64,000 nucleotides of DNA from Octopus sinensis (Eukaryota): contig NC_043000.1 of assembly GCF_006345805.1 (NCBI RefSeq), forward strand, positions 85,312,001-85,376,000, in the 5' to 3' direction. A model generated the notes under the pieces. It made no database searches. It saw nothing but the letters and a program-made list of their open reading frames with translations, and was not told the DNA's origin. The position numbers were made by a program, and so were the translations under genes. Positions 12,667 through 26,466 of the stretch are shown piece after piece. Positions within the stretch are counted from its first letter, which is position 1. Every line of letters begins with the position of its first letter.

Positions 12667-13900
12667 TTGTACAATAATTGCTGCTGTTTAAATCATTTAC
12701 TGAAATGTTAATTAACATGTTATATTTGTTTTTTATTGACGAAGGTGAGACAAATCAGCTCTAACAATATTCCTGTTGATATGTACTTGAATGGAAGTAT
12801 TAATTAAATAGTTACAAAGTGTGTCTTAGTTGGTTAGAGTATAAAAGGGGTTATAATCCAAGCTGTGTCCTCTGCATGTTCCAATAATCAAATATATGTA
12901 TATAGATGTTTTATTTCAAATGAGGCATACATACTAGTGGAAAGTTCTGTTGAATCATATTTGCAAAGTGTATATTAAAACAGACTTGAAAATTTGGTAT
13001 ATTTTTTCATGTTACACATGTTCCATTGCAGTATAAGAAATACGTTATGAATATTAATAATATATACATAAACACACACACTTATGTGTATATATATATA
13101 TATATATAGACATATACACATGTATATACATGCACGCCAAAATTTATGACCAACTGTAATTTATTTTCTAAATTTTATTTTGTAATATAACATAGGCATA
13201 AAAAAATTAATATATGAATATACATACATATATTCACACATTGTACATATACATATGTACAATTATAAAACACACAAATATATACATACAGCTATAAATT
13301 CAAGCACACATGCACACTCACTTGCACAAGCTTAATAAATATGTAAATATATAAATCTATACACATGTACTAGCTCTTAAATAAACTAAGAAAGTATAGG
13401 ACATCTTTGCATAAATACATATATACACAAATTCAACCAGTTAAGTAGCAAGTCAAAACAGAAAATAATGAAATATTAATGCACATGTTTTCATCTATTA
13501 TGTTTTCTTCGTTTTATATTATTTGACTAAACCTTCTTCTTACAAAGTTGAATAATAACACTTTTTATAATATTTTATTATACTAGCTGTTTTTATTTCT
13601 TTATTGTATAAATTTAAATAGCTTCACATTATTTTTTTTTCAAATAATGAACTTAACTATTCAAATCAAGTGTTTAATAATAATGTGAGAATAGTAATCT
13701 TGTATTTTAAATAATTAACCCATAGAATCATCAATTATAATAGTACTTTTATTTTAAATAATGAATCAATCTTAATGTGAAGCATATATTTATTTAATAT
13801 AGTTTGGGTTTAAGGATATATTTTGTGTTTATGTATAATGGTGTATAAATGTAAGGGTATGTGTAAGCATATGAATTTACACACCAAGTGAAACTATGCA
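10236..13900 (+). other. Probable long AU-rich 3' UTR of the cadherin (end unknown)
   Basis: Very AT-rich, nearly TE-free stretch directly after the stop. AATAAA candidates include 10321 and ~11408. The extent is inference. Confidence 0.35.
11146..11290 (+). repeat. GC-rich minisatellite, ~5 units of 25-32 bp (consensus GGCAGTGTCAGRKGCCTGCCC)
   Basis: Units visible at about 11149, 11181, 11208, 11233 and 11261 in an otherwise very AT-rich region. Confidence 0.85.
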
Positions 13901-14949
13901 GGCAGATTTTATTACTAAACATATTTTATCTGATCATAAACATTAGCATTCAAATGCCTGTGTATGCATGTGTAAACTTCAAGGACATGTCACATGCACA
14001 CATACACATATGAATATGTCCTTGTGTGTGTATGTTAAAAAATATACCATATTTATACATATATTTTCATGTGATAGTCTGCCCATATTAATGACTAAAA
14101 CAAATACTACACACACACTAGTATTCAAATGTATGTGTGCATGCGAAGAACACACCAAAAGCAAGCATACAGATGCATACTGTGAATGCATTTATCTAAG
14201 GACATATCAGTGAAGCACACACACACACACCATATAAATGCATTTTTTCGTGTGCTTGATCAAAAATATACTATTTGTATGAATATATTGTGTAACAGTC
14301 TGTATGCCCATATTAATGACTAAAACAAACACGTATGTGTATGTATGTATGTATGTATGTATATATATATATATATATACACACACACATATACACACAC
14401 TATACTAGTATTCCAGTGTATGTCTGCTCGTGTGCATGTCATGAGTACATCAATAGCAAGCACACACAAACATACCCATGCATGCATATATCTAAGGACA
14501 TATCATACATCATTTGTGTGCATATATGTACTAGCATGAACGTGTAAATACATGTCTAAATACGTGCACATCAGCAGTCAAAATCATGTCTTTTACTAGT
14601 GTGTAATCAGTGGATACATCACACGTGCAGACACACACTAGCATGCAAATGTAGGCACACGCCAGCATAGATATAGTCATTTTAATTACATCAACCTAGC
14701 TGCAAGTAAGTAATGTCTTTCAGATAACTTACAATGTATAATTGGAGAATTGTAGAAACAAAATCAGTGTCTTAAGGCTTTTTAGTTTTGTAACAGTCTT
14801 TCAATATCTGACGATAAAAACATTTGCGCATGTGATGAATTTATTACTGTAAGCAACTCTTCTGTAAATGTTTATAACTCATCTGTGGTATAATGTATCT
14901 GCAATTCTCAGAAAAGTAGAAGTATGAAAAGCTATGTTGTGGCTTTTGC

Positions 14950-16260
14950 TCATCCTTGAAGAAATTTTCACTAACTGAGCAATTTAACAATATGGAAAGC
15001 TACTGGAACTTTAAAATTTTGCCCTCAAACAGTACAAAATTACTAAATCAATTATTAGTCTCTTTAATGAACTCTTTGAAAAATGCCATTATGAAAACTA
15101 GTTTATTTTTGGTTATTTATGGCAGGCTTTACCAGAAAAGTCTGTTTTAGCCCATTCCTATTAATCAATTCCCTTCGAGATCATTTTTGGAGATGATGGC
15201 TTCAATGAAGTCTTTTAAAGTCAGATTTTGTTCAGTGAACATTTCACATAATTACCCACAATGATCTAATATATGAAGGTAACAATAATGATAATACACC
15301 CCTACCCCTGAAAAAAAATAGACAATATTTTAAATATAAACCTGGAAATATTTTGAATTCTTAACTCTAACATTACTGGATGCTGAATCTAGATGTAAAT
15401 CTAAAACCTCTTGCAGAAATAAGGTAAATAAATGGTTGAACAAATTTTATCATTAAAGCATATGAAGCTTTGTATTTTTATAAACTGTTCAAATGATGTT
15501 TTGACTGGTGTATGAATGTTTTTGTGTATTATATATACACTTTCTATATGTATATATAAAGTATATTATAAGAGAATATTGGGTCTTTGGGTGATGTAAC
15601 TAATATATATTAAAACTGTATTTATCAGTTATGTGTGATGATTTATTTCGTTATATCTTCTCCCCACTCCATACCTCTTTCTACAATTTCATCTCTGGCC
15701 CTAATCCCTATGTTTTCCAAAAATTGTTGCCATATTGATACTTCCAATATTCTCTAGTATTGAATGTATAAATTTTATCTATGATGTAGCCCTATTCTGA
15801 TTTCTGAAATAAATTTTAAAAGAAAATGTTTTTATAATACTAATTTGTCCTTGTCATTTCAATTTTTATTTCAACTCTATGAAAAAAAAAAACATTTGAA
15901 ATAATTCACGTTACATAGAAACCATGTACATTGTAACACAAATTTTTATTCCATTATCAATCAAGCAGGTTAGAGACCTTGTAAATAAAATTAGTATAGC
16001 TGTTCTTTCCATGATGCGTTTGTTTTAAGAACCAAATGTATACTCCATCTTGAACTTTAGCATGTATTTTTGAATTCAGCATTGTATACTCCTTTGAGAA
16101 GTTTGTTTTGAAAAGCTGCCCTAAAGATTTCAATTTTCTACATTTGAGTGATTACTTTCCCACAACATATACATTTTCCCTAATGCTACTTGAGTCATTA
16201 CCAATTCTAATGTTCATTATCTTAATATCTTCCATTAAAGATCCTATATAATAGTGATTG
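14950..16260 (-). mobile_element. Highly degraded pogo/Tigger-like transposase remnant
   Basis: Minus-strand translation gives HAKVQDGVYIWFLKQ (CENP-B-type HTH-like) near 16050 and a frameshifted T(G)LFW*SLP (DDE_1-like) near 15140. Confidence 0.4.
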
Positions 16261-18039
16261 TATAGATATATCTTCTGTGAGCCTTATTGCAGCAACAAGC
16301 ACAATAAGGAAACCACATATAGCCAATAAACATCCCCACTCCAGCAGAGAACAAATAAAAGTATATTAATTCAACAAGTGTTATTACAGGAAATAACACC
16401 AAAAAAAGAAGAAAGCAAAGAAGTGCTTGTACATGACCTTCTCATCCTCCAGGATCTTCCACCAGCTGTAATGAAAGACAGATCATCTGATTGAAATAGA
16501 ATATCCTGAAAATATGTACATTTATAAACACCTGCTAGTAGAATAATAACGAAATGCTCATAAACCAACCAACAGTAAAGATTTTTATGAGTTATTCTGT
16601 CATTTTGTTTCTATTTTAATTTTCCATACCTCTGTGTACTGATAGCTGGAGCTGGTTTTATGTACGAACTATATATAAATATTCCTCAAATTTTCTAGGA
16701 ATTATGGCAGCTAAACCTGATGCTAATATAGCATGTACGAGTTTGTTGACTTTTTAGTGTTCTGGAAGATAAACTGAACCTCTTTTTAGAACTGTTGCTG
16801 TAATTTTCCTCCATGTACATCGTCAATCACAGAAATTATTAAACATTAAAAGCCTTTGGTAAGAAGTGATGCAATCAATTCTTGGGTCAGTCAGGCTTCA
16901 TGTGACCCAATATATACAAATTATGGTCCAAAACAATAGATTTCTAAAATTGGCAAGCGCAAGAAAATAAATGAGGGGAAGTAAAAGTGCTTGAATATAA
17001 TCATTTCAAGGGGCGTAACTCTTAAATATATTGAGTTATGCTTCTTAGTTCTTTAGTTCATGCATTGAATTGGCCACTTGCGCAGAGAAGTACGATGGGT
17101 TGACAATAGGTCAGACAATACTTCGCCTTTCATCTTGAGTGGGGGAATATCAAATCTATTCTGTTCCAAAGTGTTTGGACTACTACCCAAGTTAGAAATC
17201 AATGATCATGAAGTTAATTATCCGTAATTAAATCACATCATTTAACGTCCGTTTATCTATGCTGACATGGGTTTGAAAGAAGCTAGCAAATCAGAAGACT
17301 GCTGAGTTCTACTGTCTGCTTTGTTAGAGTGTACCAAGTGGCACCAAATAATTTACAAGACATGGGGAGTAGTGTTGAGGAAGGTGGCTTTTTGCCAAGT
17401 GATGATAAGTTAGGGACGGAAATAGATGTCTTGCAGTTAAGGACACATGGCTACCTCAGTAGGAGAGAGAGCAGGGAGTGAAGATGTGATGGAGATGGGA
17501 GTTACACTCAAGTCACAGGAGGAGTGTACAAGAGAAGTAGAACCAGGAATTGAGTAGGGTGAGTGGGTGAGTAAGTTTGCTAAAGGAGGATGGGAGGTAG
17601 AGAGAAGTGAATGTAGGGTGTTAAGAGGATATATTATGGGCGATTCAACAGGGTCACATTGTGTGGATGTAGGTTTGCAAGGGTGCTATGTGGGAGTGGG
17701 AAATAGAGGGGAGAGGAATACAGTGAGTGGGGAACTTGGATGGAGGAGAGGTTTGTCAGGGACAGATTGCATGCAGGAGTATAGATATAACATGACCTTG
17801 TTTTCACTTAGCCGGGTAGGTCGTCTCAAGTACAGCAAATTGTTAATAGCAATCCTTTGTCATCTCTTCTGTGAGGCTAAACATTTGAAGACCACTTTGC
17901 ATCAATTTGTCCTGTAGCATGGAAGTGTCACTATGAAAGGTTGCTAAAAGGGGAGATGCATGAGAGGACTCTTCCTAATATAGAGCCATCTTACAGACCA
18001 GCTATTCTATTTCATAGCTACATGATTAGATAATGCCCT

Positions 18040-19376
18040 CACGAATTACTGCTTAAATGCTTAAAATATCTGATGGAGTAGGCTACAACCTAGTCACCAA
18101 TAGATTTAATCGGGTCATCCAAGAGGGACTCATACCCAAGAACAGATGTAGAAACGTGAAAATCAACTGTTACAAATATAGAGATGCTTTAGACAGTAGT
18201 TACAGAGGTATCAAATTGCTGGGCCAGGTCTTAAGTTATAGAAAGGGTCATAGCCCAACTAATTAGGAAGAGAGTTAACCAAGATGAGATGCAGTTTGTT
18301 CTTGTGCCAAGAAAAAGCACTACTGATGCTATATTCCTAGTAAAGGCAAGTTCAGAAATATTTAGCAAAAAATAAACCACTGTACCTGGCATTTGTCAGT
18401 ACAGAAAAAGACTTTGACAGGGTCCCTTTCTTCCTCATTTGATGGTTGCTGTGGAAGTTAGGGGAAGATGAGCAGCTGTTAGATGCTGTTCGAGCCATGT
18501 AATAAGGTGAAAGGCAGCAATAAGTATAGCCAACAAATTTAGTGTGCAAGTAGAAGTTTACCAAGGCTCAGTTATCGGTCCCCTCTCATTTATCATAGTC
18601 CTCCAGGTTATAACAGAGGAATTTAAAATTAGTTATCCAAAAGTGATTCTCTATGCTAATGAACATGTTTTTATAGCTGAAACTATTGTAAAAGAAATAT
18701 CAGATGTGGAATAAAAGGACCTTAGAGCTAATTCACCAAAGGCTGAAGTATTAGTAAGCAGACAAATTACTAATCTCTTTAGGGAAACAGCCCTGCTTGA
18801 TATTAGTAAAAGTGTAGGTAGAAATTCCATACAGTGTACCTAGTACAAGCTATGTACACTTGTGTAGTGGATCACTGGAAGGGGAGCATAGAAAGTAATC
18901 TGTGTGTAGTAGATGTGCTGGAACAATAAACACTAAGAACACACACGAAAAAGATTTCTTTCAATACCCAAGAGGAAACTTAGAGGACGTAGACAATTTC
19001 CATTACCTTGGTGACCAAATTAACAGTGGAGGGGGCTCTGAAAGTGGTGTTACTAGAATTAGAACCAGCTGGACACAATTCAGAGGGCTATCTTTGTTCG
19101 TAACAAAAGGCTTCTCCTTCAGAGTGAAAGGTAGATTGTATGATACTTGTATCACAGTCCACGTTTTACTGCATGTTAGGGAAACGTGGGCTGTGACTAT
19201 AGAGGACATACAAAGGCGTGAAAGAAATGAGGCCAGTAGGCTCCATTGGGTGTACTATGTCAGTGTGCAAGTATGACAAAGTGTAAATGTATTTTAGGGA
19301 AAAATTGAGTATATGAAGCATCAGATGTAGTGTGCAAGAGAGAAGACTGTTGGTATGGTTATATGATGTGTATGGA
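18040..19376 (+). mobile_element. Second degraded copy of the RTE LINE seen at 7465-9452; interrupted by piggyBac copy B and resuming briefly at 20471
   Basis: Colinear similarity with 7470-8850 (KSTTDAIF, KDFDRVP, RVKGRLYD). tggatTAA|element|gacagctg parallels tggatgaggacagctg in the first copy. Confidence 0.85.
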
Positions 19377-19380
19377 TTAA

Positions 19381-20466
19381 CCCTTTCGTTACTATATTTC
19401 TGACCAAAATATACCCCTTATGTGTTTCGATTAATTTCTACCATAATCATAAATTTAGTTTGGTTTCATTAAACAACTATAACTTTTTTATTTATCAATA
19501 TATTAACGTGAATTTTGGAAGATAATTTAATGAAATGTTCTCAACCAATTCTATACTATAATTTTTGTCACAAAGTGACTCTAATTGCAGGTAGATACAG
19601 GTAAATTCAACAAAATATAAAATTATAAAAATTTTGTTCAAACATCGCTATAGAAAATGGGTTATTAGCTAATATTCAATTGGGTATACAACAAAATTTT
19701 ACGACAGAATTTGTTATTCTGGGTAACTTCCTGATACCCATAATAATATTTATGGCAAAATAGTCTTAATTTCATTTAAGGTTGTGGGAAACCACAAACT
19801 ATCCTTTCTTTCGCTTTGTTTACATTCAGCGTAACAGTTCATTTCCGCCGTAATGATTTCAAATAGGCTCATTCGAAAAAGTAAAAAGAAATAGTCTAAG
19901 GCTTTACTCTCATGGGAAAGTCTGTGGCTTGGTCCAGTTTCTTCAGAAAAATCACTGAAAGAAACAGTTTTTAAATTTTCACACCATTCAGGTGCCAATT
20001 CATTTTCTTTATCGCTGTCGGAGCTCTCGGATTCACTGTTTTCACTTTCGGAAAATGAAACATCAGATTCATTATCAAATACCACATGCTTTTTTTTTAC
20101 AGTCATAGAGTTAGATTTATGAAGGTCTTCAGTAGAAAATCCTTCGAATTCTGACGCGCTGCTTGATATAATGAAATTCGTATCCATTTTTTGTCAGAAT
20201 TACAAATTTTGAAAACACAATAGGAACAAATTTCGGAAAAAAATCTCCCAAAATTCACGGAATTAAAATTACACTTCGATCGTTGTACAAAACTGTAGAT
20301 GAACTGTTTACGAAGCATAATCACTTGTTTTCACGAATGTACTAAAGAGATTTGCTCTGATATTCTCATTTAAATATAAATAGGTAAATACGGGTGGGTT
20401 TGGGCGGTTTGGTCACATTAACCAAAATTTTTTTGGGCGGCTTTGGGCGGTTTGGTAACGAAAGGG
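19381..20466 (-). mobile_element. Internally deleted piggyBac derivative (copy B) carrying the transposase N-terminus
   Basis: TTAA TSDs (19377-19380, 20467-20470) and 12-bp TIR CCCTTTCGTTAC. ORF 20187-19750 has an acidic N-terminus and LDYFFLLF...II.AE.N.YA...W.PTT..EIK, matching the DDE_Tnp_1_7 N-region. Confidence 0.92.
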
Positions 20467-21928
20467 TTAAGACAGCTGCATAAGTGCTGATCTCTAAATC
20501 TTATAACTTTATCTCTAAAATAATGCTGAAGTTAGATACAGATTTACATTATCAAAATTATTTTAGTGTAAAACTAAATACATTATTTCATTTTCTTCTT
20601 TAACACTAAATGAAGCTTTAAGGTGCAGAAGTGTCAATAAAAGCATTCCAACCTTGACCATCTCGTTTCTTGCTCAAAAAGTGTACCTAGGGATACAAAT
20701 TCAATGTGCTCCTCTTTTTTTAAAGTATATGATTAAGTCCATTTTCTGGCTGTAGAAGGTAATAATTGCATTCTAGCAATCTTAATATAACATGGAAATC
20801 GTATCTGTTACAAGACTTACATCTTGTTTACTACTGAACATAGTAATAGGATCAACTTTCCATGAGAATTAGAACAATACAATGAGGGCGGGAAATCACA
20901 GAGATTGTCTCCTTTGCTACATTTTGGATGTACATGCATGTGTATGCTATAATGTACTTCAGAACATATCTGACCATGTTAAATTTCTTCTAACCACTTC
21001 AAGTATTTCAAATTTTCACCTGATTTTTTTTCAAAGAATGTAGTTTTGCATACTGATGACGAAAATTACATTCATATATATTAAGAATAAATAATAAAGA
21101 AATTACAAACATTTAAAGTTATGTAATTTTAACCAATCAGAATTCTCCAGATGTTGCAACAGTCAGCTGTCATAGCAAAAGCAAATGCTGTGTCTGTGTC
21201 TCTAAAAAAAAGTACAAGGATGGAAGTGGTAACCTTCTTCTTAGGAGTTAAATTTTATTTTTGTATTACTGGATGTGACAATCAATTCAGCTGGAAACGA
21301 TTTACAGCAACTTGTGAAGAGCATACTCACAGATTCCAAAAGATACCAGGTTTCCAATGTCAGCAGAGAACAGCGAACTACAACAATGAGTTTGTCAGCT
21401 CACAAGACAGGATTCACACTCAACAAGTAGAAAATACTTGAGTCTGCCTTCAACAAGGCAATAAATGGTGCTATGGTACTCATCATTCTACAGTACTTGT
21501 ATCTCTGTGAGTTCGTGTAGTACCACAGGTATGAAAATCTTGACCTATTCAGAAAACAATTTGAATGTACCATACAATTTTGTAATTGTTTGAAAACCTT
21601 CTTAGATGCTTTTGAGAGAAAAAAAAATTTCTTTTCTTTCATTAAATTCTTTTACAGAAAACATTCAATGTTCTGTAATGTTTATTTTTTAAGTAACCTT
21701 GAATTAGTAGCAACAGATTTTGTCTTGGCATGCTCTTGGCAGTGAGTACATGTTATTGACAAAAGCCTAATGAGGTAGAAATGCACATCTAGTCTCCACA
21801 CCATTATTGATAGACAATTTTTGTTCGTTACTGATATATTAGTGTTTTTAAATACAGTACATCCATATAAGATATTATCTTTGAATGAATACATAAATAA
21901 TTTACCTTCTTGTGATGTACTGCATTAA

Positions 21929-22144
21929 CCCTTTAACATTCAGATTACTTTGTTGAATGTAATGCTCATTCATTTACATTGTTTTGGATTTATTATGCAT
22001 TATCTCACAGCTTTAAAATTTCGATGATATGATATTTTTTAGAATGACATCATTGGATAGGTGTAAGAAGCTGGATTTGGCTGGTTTGAACATAAAATAG
22101 GTGGAATATTTGGGTTGGATATGGCTAGTTTAAATGCTATAGGG
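21929..22144. mobile_element. ~216-bp TTAA-flanked MITE (piggyBac-type)
   Basis: TTAA-CCCTTTAACATT ... AATGCTATAGGG-TTAA. Confidence 0.8.
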
Positions 22145-23064
22145 TTAAGTATCATACACAGATGGCTATTTTAATCAAATATAACAGATTTTTTTTTACT
22201 ATATTTATATATTGCTTATACATGTATATCTCTTTTATTTCCATATAGATACATATACCTATAGGTCAATGCATCACCCTTTCGGCATTCACCTGGATGT
22301 ATAAGAAGTGACATGGAATTATGTGAATGCATTTCCCTAAAATAATATCAATACAAATAACCATGCCTAAATAAGCTAGAAAACCACAAATAATATTTAT
22401 AGTAACATAATCTCCTGTCCTAAACCTCACAAAACACCAATACAACTTCAGTCTGACCTATGCTGTGTGACCAACTAATTTATCTACAAACATTCCTTAG
22501 TGAACAATTAAACAGAACAAAACCAATTTTGTATACAAAGAATCCTATAACTTGAATTTGACATACCTGTTTACACAGTTACTTCCATGCAAAAGATATC
22601 TCCTTACCATACATTCTATCCCATTCCTACATATCTACTTCCTTTAGCTACCTGTACCACACCTAATTATCATTTCACATAGCTCCCCCTACTACAAAAA
22701 AAATATATTTGCCACAGACTGTATAAAGTCAGAAAGAACCCACCCATCCCAAAGTAAATCACAATGCGACAATGGTGGTGAAGCAAAAAAACTTCAAAGT
22801 CACTGTCAACATTTTTCTTCCAAAACTTTCAGGTTCAGTTTCACTGTGTGAGATCTTCAGCAAGTGTCTTCTACTAGAGCCCAAGAACAACCCAAGCCTT
22901 TTGAGTAGATTTGATAGACAGAAACTGAAAGCCTATTCAAGAGCATGCATGCATGTGTGTATACACTCACACACGATGTTCAGGTTAAATTTGATTTTTT
23001 TTTTATGCCTCTCTTTCTCAGGAACAGCTTGATGTATTGGTGAACAGTCAACAGCATTGGAGAG

Positions 23065-23712
23065 CACAAAATATTAAAGCCATCTAAATACTGAAAAAGA
23101 GGTACCTTTATCATGATGATTCCTGCTGGATATGAAAATGCTGACATCATGACTGCTGTGCAATGTTCTGTGAACACTGTAACAGTCACAAGACATGACA
23201 TGGACAGCTGCAATGGAGACTACAAAGCCATGGCCAGCAGCAAGGGACACAGCAGGCATTCTGACTGTATCCATGCACCAGGATTCATCCGCGCATTTTT
23301 GAACAGAACCTATGACTCAATTCAGATGCCTAAGTGAAGCTACTAAAGACTGTAGTCAGTTCCTGGCTGAAAAGGGTTGCTGCTGGAAGGCCATATGTAT
23401 GATATCACAGCAGAATCCATTTGTCATACCACCGGAAAGTGCCAGAGGTGGTTGTCATGGAATTTCTACAACTTCACCAACCCTGATTTCTGACCTTCTA
23501 ACTTCCCCAACTATAACCCCATGGATTATTATGTCTGAGACACAGCTGAGAAAAACACCAACCACTCAGCCTACAACACCAAAGCTAAGCTAGTGGTTAA
23601 GATCAAGGAGGCATTCCAAGATCTTCCCAGGGACACAGTGAGGAATGCATCCACCAAGTTCCATAGCTATTTTGAGGCTGTGGTGGAAGTTGAGAGCAGC
23701 TACTTTGAGTAA
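23065..23712 (+). mobile_element. Internally deleted Tc1/mariner-superfamily (maT/DD37D-like) transposase remnant
   Basis: N-terminal HTH-like region (MIPAGYENADI...HSRHSDCIHAPGFI) joined to KCQRWLS.NF.NF..PDF*PSNFPNYNPMDYYV*, a degraded WPPNSPD.NP.DY.VW, ending EAVVEVESSYFE*. The subfamily call is tentative. Confidence 0.75.
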
Positions 23713-26254
23713 ACTGTTATCTCCCAGTCATAATCTAGTCGATATATTTTGATTTTTTAAAATACCTTTATTTTTGAATGACATATTGTGTTTCATTTTC
23801 CTTTTATGCAAATTGCATCAATTAATAAGAGCTGAGCATTCCATGGACATATACACCCTTAATATACTCAGGCAGAATCAGTGTAATAGTGTGTGACAAC
23901 TGTACTGTTCAAAGCAGTGCCCTAGCAAGGCCATACCTCAATGGCTAGAACAGGTAAAAGATTAAAGATATGTGTATATCTATAATATATTAAAAGTCAG
24001 TTTGAATCTTGTTTGCTTGCATTGTTACCCAGCCAAACTGGCGCATAATGGAAAAATACCATGAATTAAGTTTAACCTGACATGCTAATACGAATGGAAT
24101 GAAACAAGTTTCACATAAATCGCTAAAGTAGTTTTCAAGATATTAGAAAGTTTCAAGGTATAAATACCCAAATGGTGCATAATGGGAACATGCGCCGAAA
24201 ATAATCTTCATATTGAAAGGGAAGAAACTCTTACCTTTCTATTAGACAGTGAGTTGACAACAAAAAAAATACGATTTTTTTTTTACAATTTCTATTTTCA
24301 CATTTTTTAAGCACAATATTTTAATCATTTAGAAATATTTTTAAGTGAATGCTATTTCAAAAATGTAAGTTGTTTGTACAGTAAGTATGTATATTTTAGC
24401 TTTTTTAAACAGACAATATTTTAACGTTTTTTTTTTAATTATTTTCAAGTGAATACCATTACAAAAATATTTTTTGGCATATTTAAAAAATTTTCTGAAG
24501 TGAAAATGACTTAAAAAATACAGTAAATATTTCGTAAAAGACCCGTTCGTAACCTTAGTGTGAAATAGCTTTTTAAAGTGCATTCAATGTATGTCACCGC
24601 CAAAGATTTGGCTGCTATTTCTAGCACACCCTGCTACCACGAAATGTGAATAGGAATGGAATTAAACAAGTTTTGTGTAAATCGGACCAGTAGTTATTGA
24701 AATATTCAGGGTTTTGGGGTTTAAAAACCCAAAATGGTGCATAATGGGAAAATATTTCGAAAATAACTTAACCCTGAAAGGGAAGAAACTCTAACCTTTC
24801 CATTAGACACAATATGATGGGCAAAATATTTTAAAGTGAAAATGACTTTAAAAATACAGTAAATATTTTGCAAAAGACCCATTTATAACCTCAGTGAGAA
24901 ATAGTATTTTTCCATAGGTTTCTTTCAAGTGCATTCAACATATCTTACCTCCAAAGATTTAGCTGCTATTTCTAGCATATCCTGCCACCATGTAACAGCT
25001 ATTTGCGAAAAAGGACCCAAAATACCTGTTACGTGGTAGCAAGAAATAGCAGCCAAATACGTGGTAGCAAGAAATAGCAGCTAAATCTTTCCTTTTCTGG
25101 AGAAAGGAGCCGTTTACGCATGATTTTGATGTCACATTCGTTGAAAGCATGCAAAATAACATGGAAAAGAAAGAAAAAAACCCATGAAGCAAAACTCAAA
25201 CTTACCCGGTGACCCATGGGTCACAGGTAGTCCAAAATTGCAACGATAATCTGGAACTTGACTGAGGAAAGAAAACTCCGAATGACCCATCCTTGTTTTC
25301 TTTGTATCGTCTATTTGGATGTTTTGTGTTCTTATCCCATATTGTACTTTTTGATATATATATCATCATCGTTTAACGTCCGCTTTCCATGCTAGCATGG
25401 GTTGGACGATTTTGACTGAGGGCTGGCGAGCCAGATGGCTGCACCAGGCTCCAATCTTGATCTGGCAGAGTTTCTACAGCTGGATGCCCTTCCTAACGCC
25501 AACCACTCCGAGAGTGTAGTGGGTGCTTTTTACATGCCACCAGCACAGGGGCCAGTCAGGCGGTACTGGCAATGACCTTGCTCAAATCTTTTTAAACGTG
25601 CCAGTGAAGCGACATTGGTAACGATCACGCTCGAATGGTGCTCTTTTACGTGCCACGGGTACGGAAGCCAGTTGGCTGCTCTAGCAACGATCACGCTCGG
25701 ATGGTGCTCTTGGCACCCTACTAGCACAGGCAAAAGTGCCAGTAAGGCGATGCTGGTAATGATCATACTTGAATAGCCGCTCTGTCAACAATCACACTCG
25801 TATGGTGCTCTTTGCATCCCACTAGCACAGATGCCAGTCATCGAATTGATTTTGATTATATATATATATATATATACATACACACTTACCAACCATATGA
25901 TTTCTGGTCAGTCACACTGTGCAGATCCTAGAACAAGTGTCTTCTACTTAAGCTTCAAACCAAAGCTTTGTGAATGGTTTTCATTGATGGAAACTGAAAG
26001 AAACTCGTTGCATATATTCATGGGAGGGGGAACACGTGTACGTGTACATGTTTATTTAAATTTGCACTTCTAAAAAACCATGAGATACATGTAGTGATAT
26101 TGCTGTCATTTCTCCTGTCAACAAATTGTCCACTCACTTTGCACTTTTGAAGATGTCTGAAATTAGAGATCTTTTACTAAATAAATAGATAAGGATTAGT
26201 GACTGGAGAAGCATCTGGATATAAACAATGCCTCGATAACATATTCATCTAACC

Positions 26255-26378
26255 CAGTGTTTCTCAACCTTTTTACCCTTGTGTAACCCTTAAAATAAAT
26301 TACATGTCTCAAGGAATCTCTGACAAAAACAAATTATATACCATATCTTTCTCATATATTTTCATCGTAGTTCACAAA

Positions 26379-26424
<46 letters not shown>

Positions 26425-26429
26425 ATATT

Positions 26430-26466
<37 letters not shown>

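Noticed and set aside
21130-21900. Coding-looking region with weak homeodomain-like (FT..Q..ILESAF), piggyBac-like (HTCGTTRTHR) and integrase-like (TCTHCQEH) words
   Set aside because: The motifs conflict, need several frameshifts and are too short; unassignable without a translated search.
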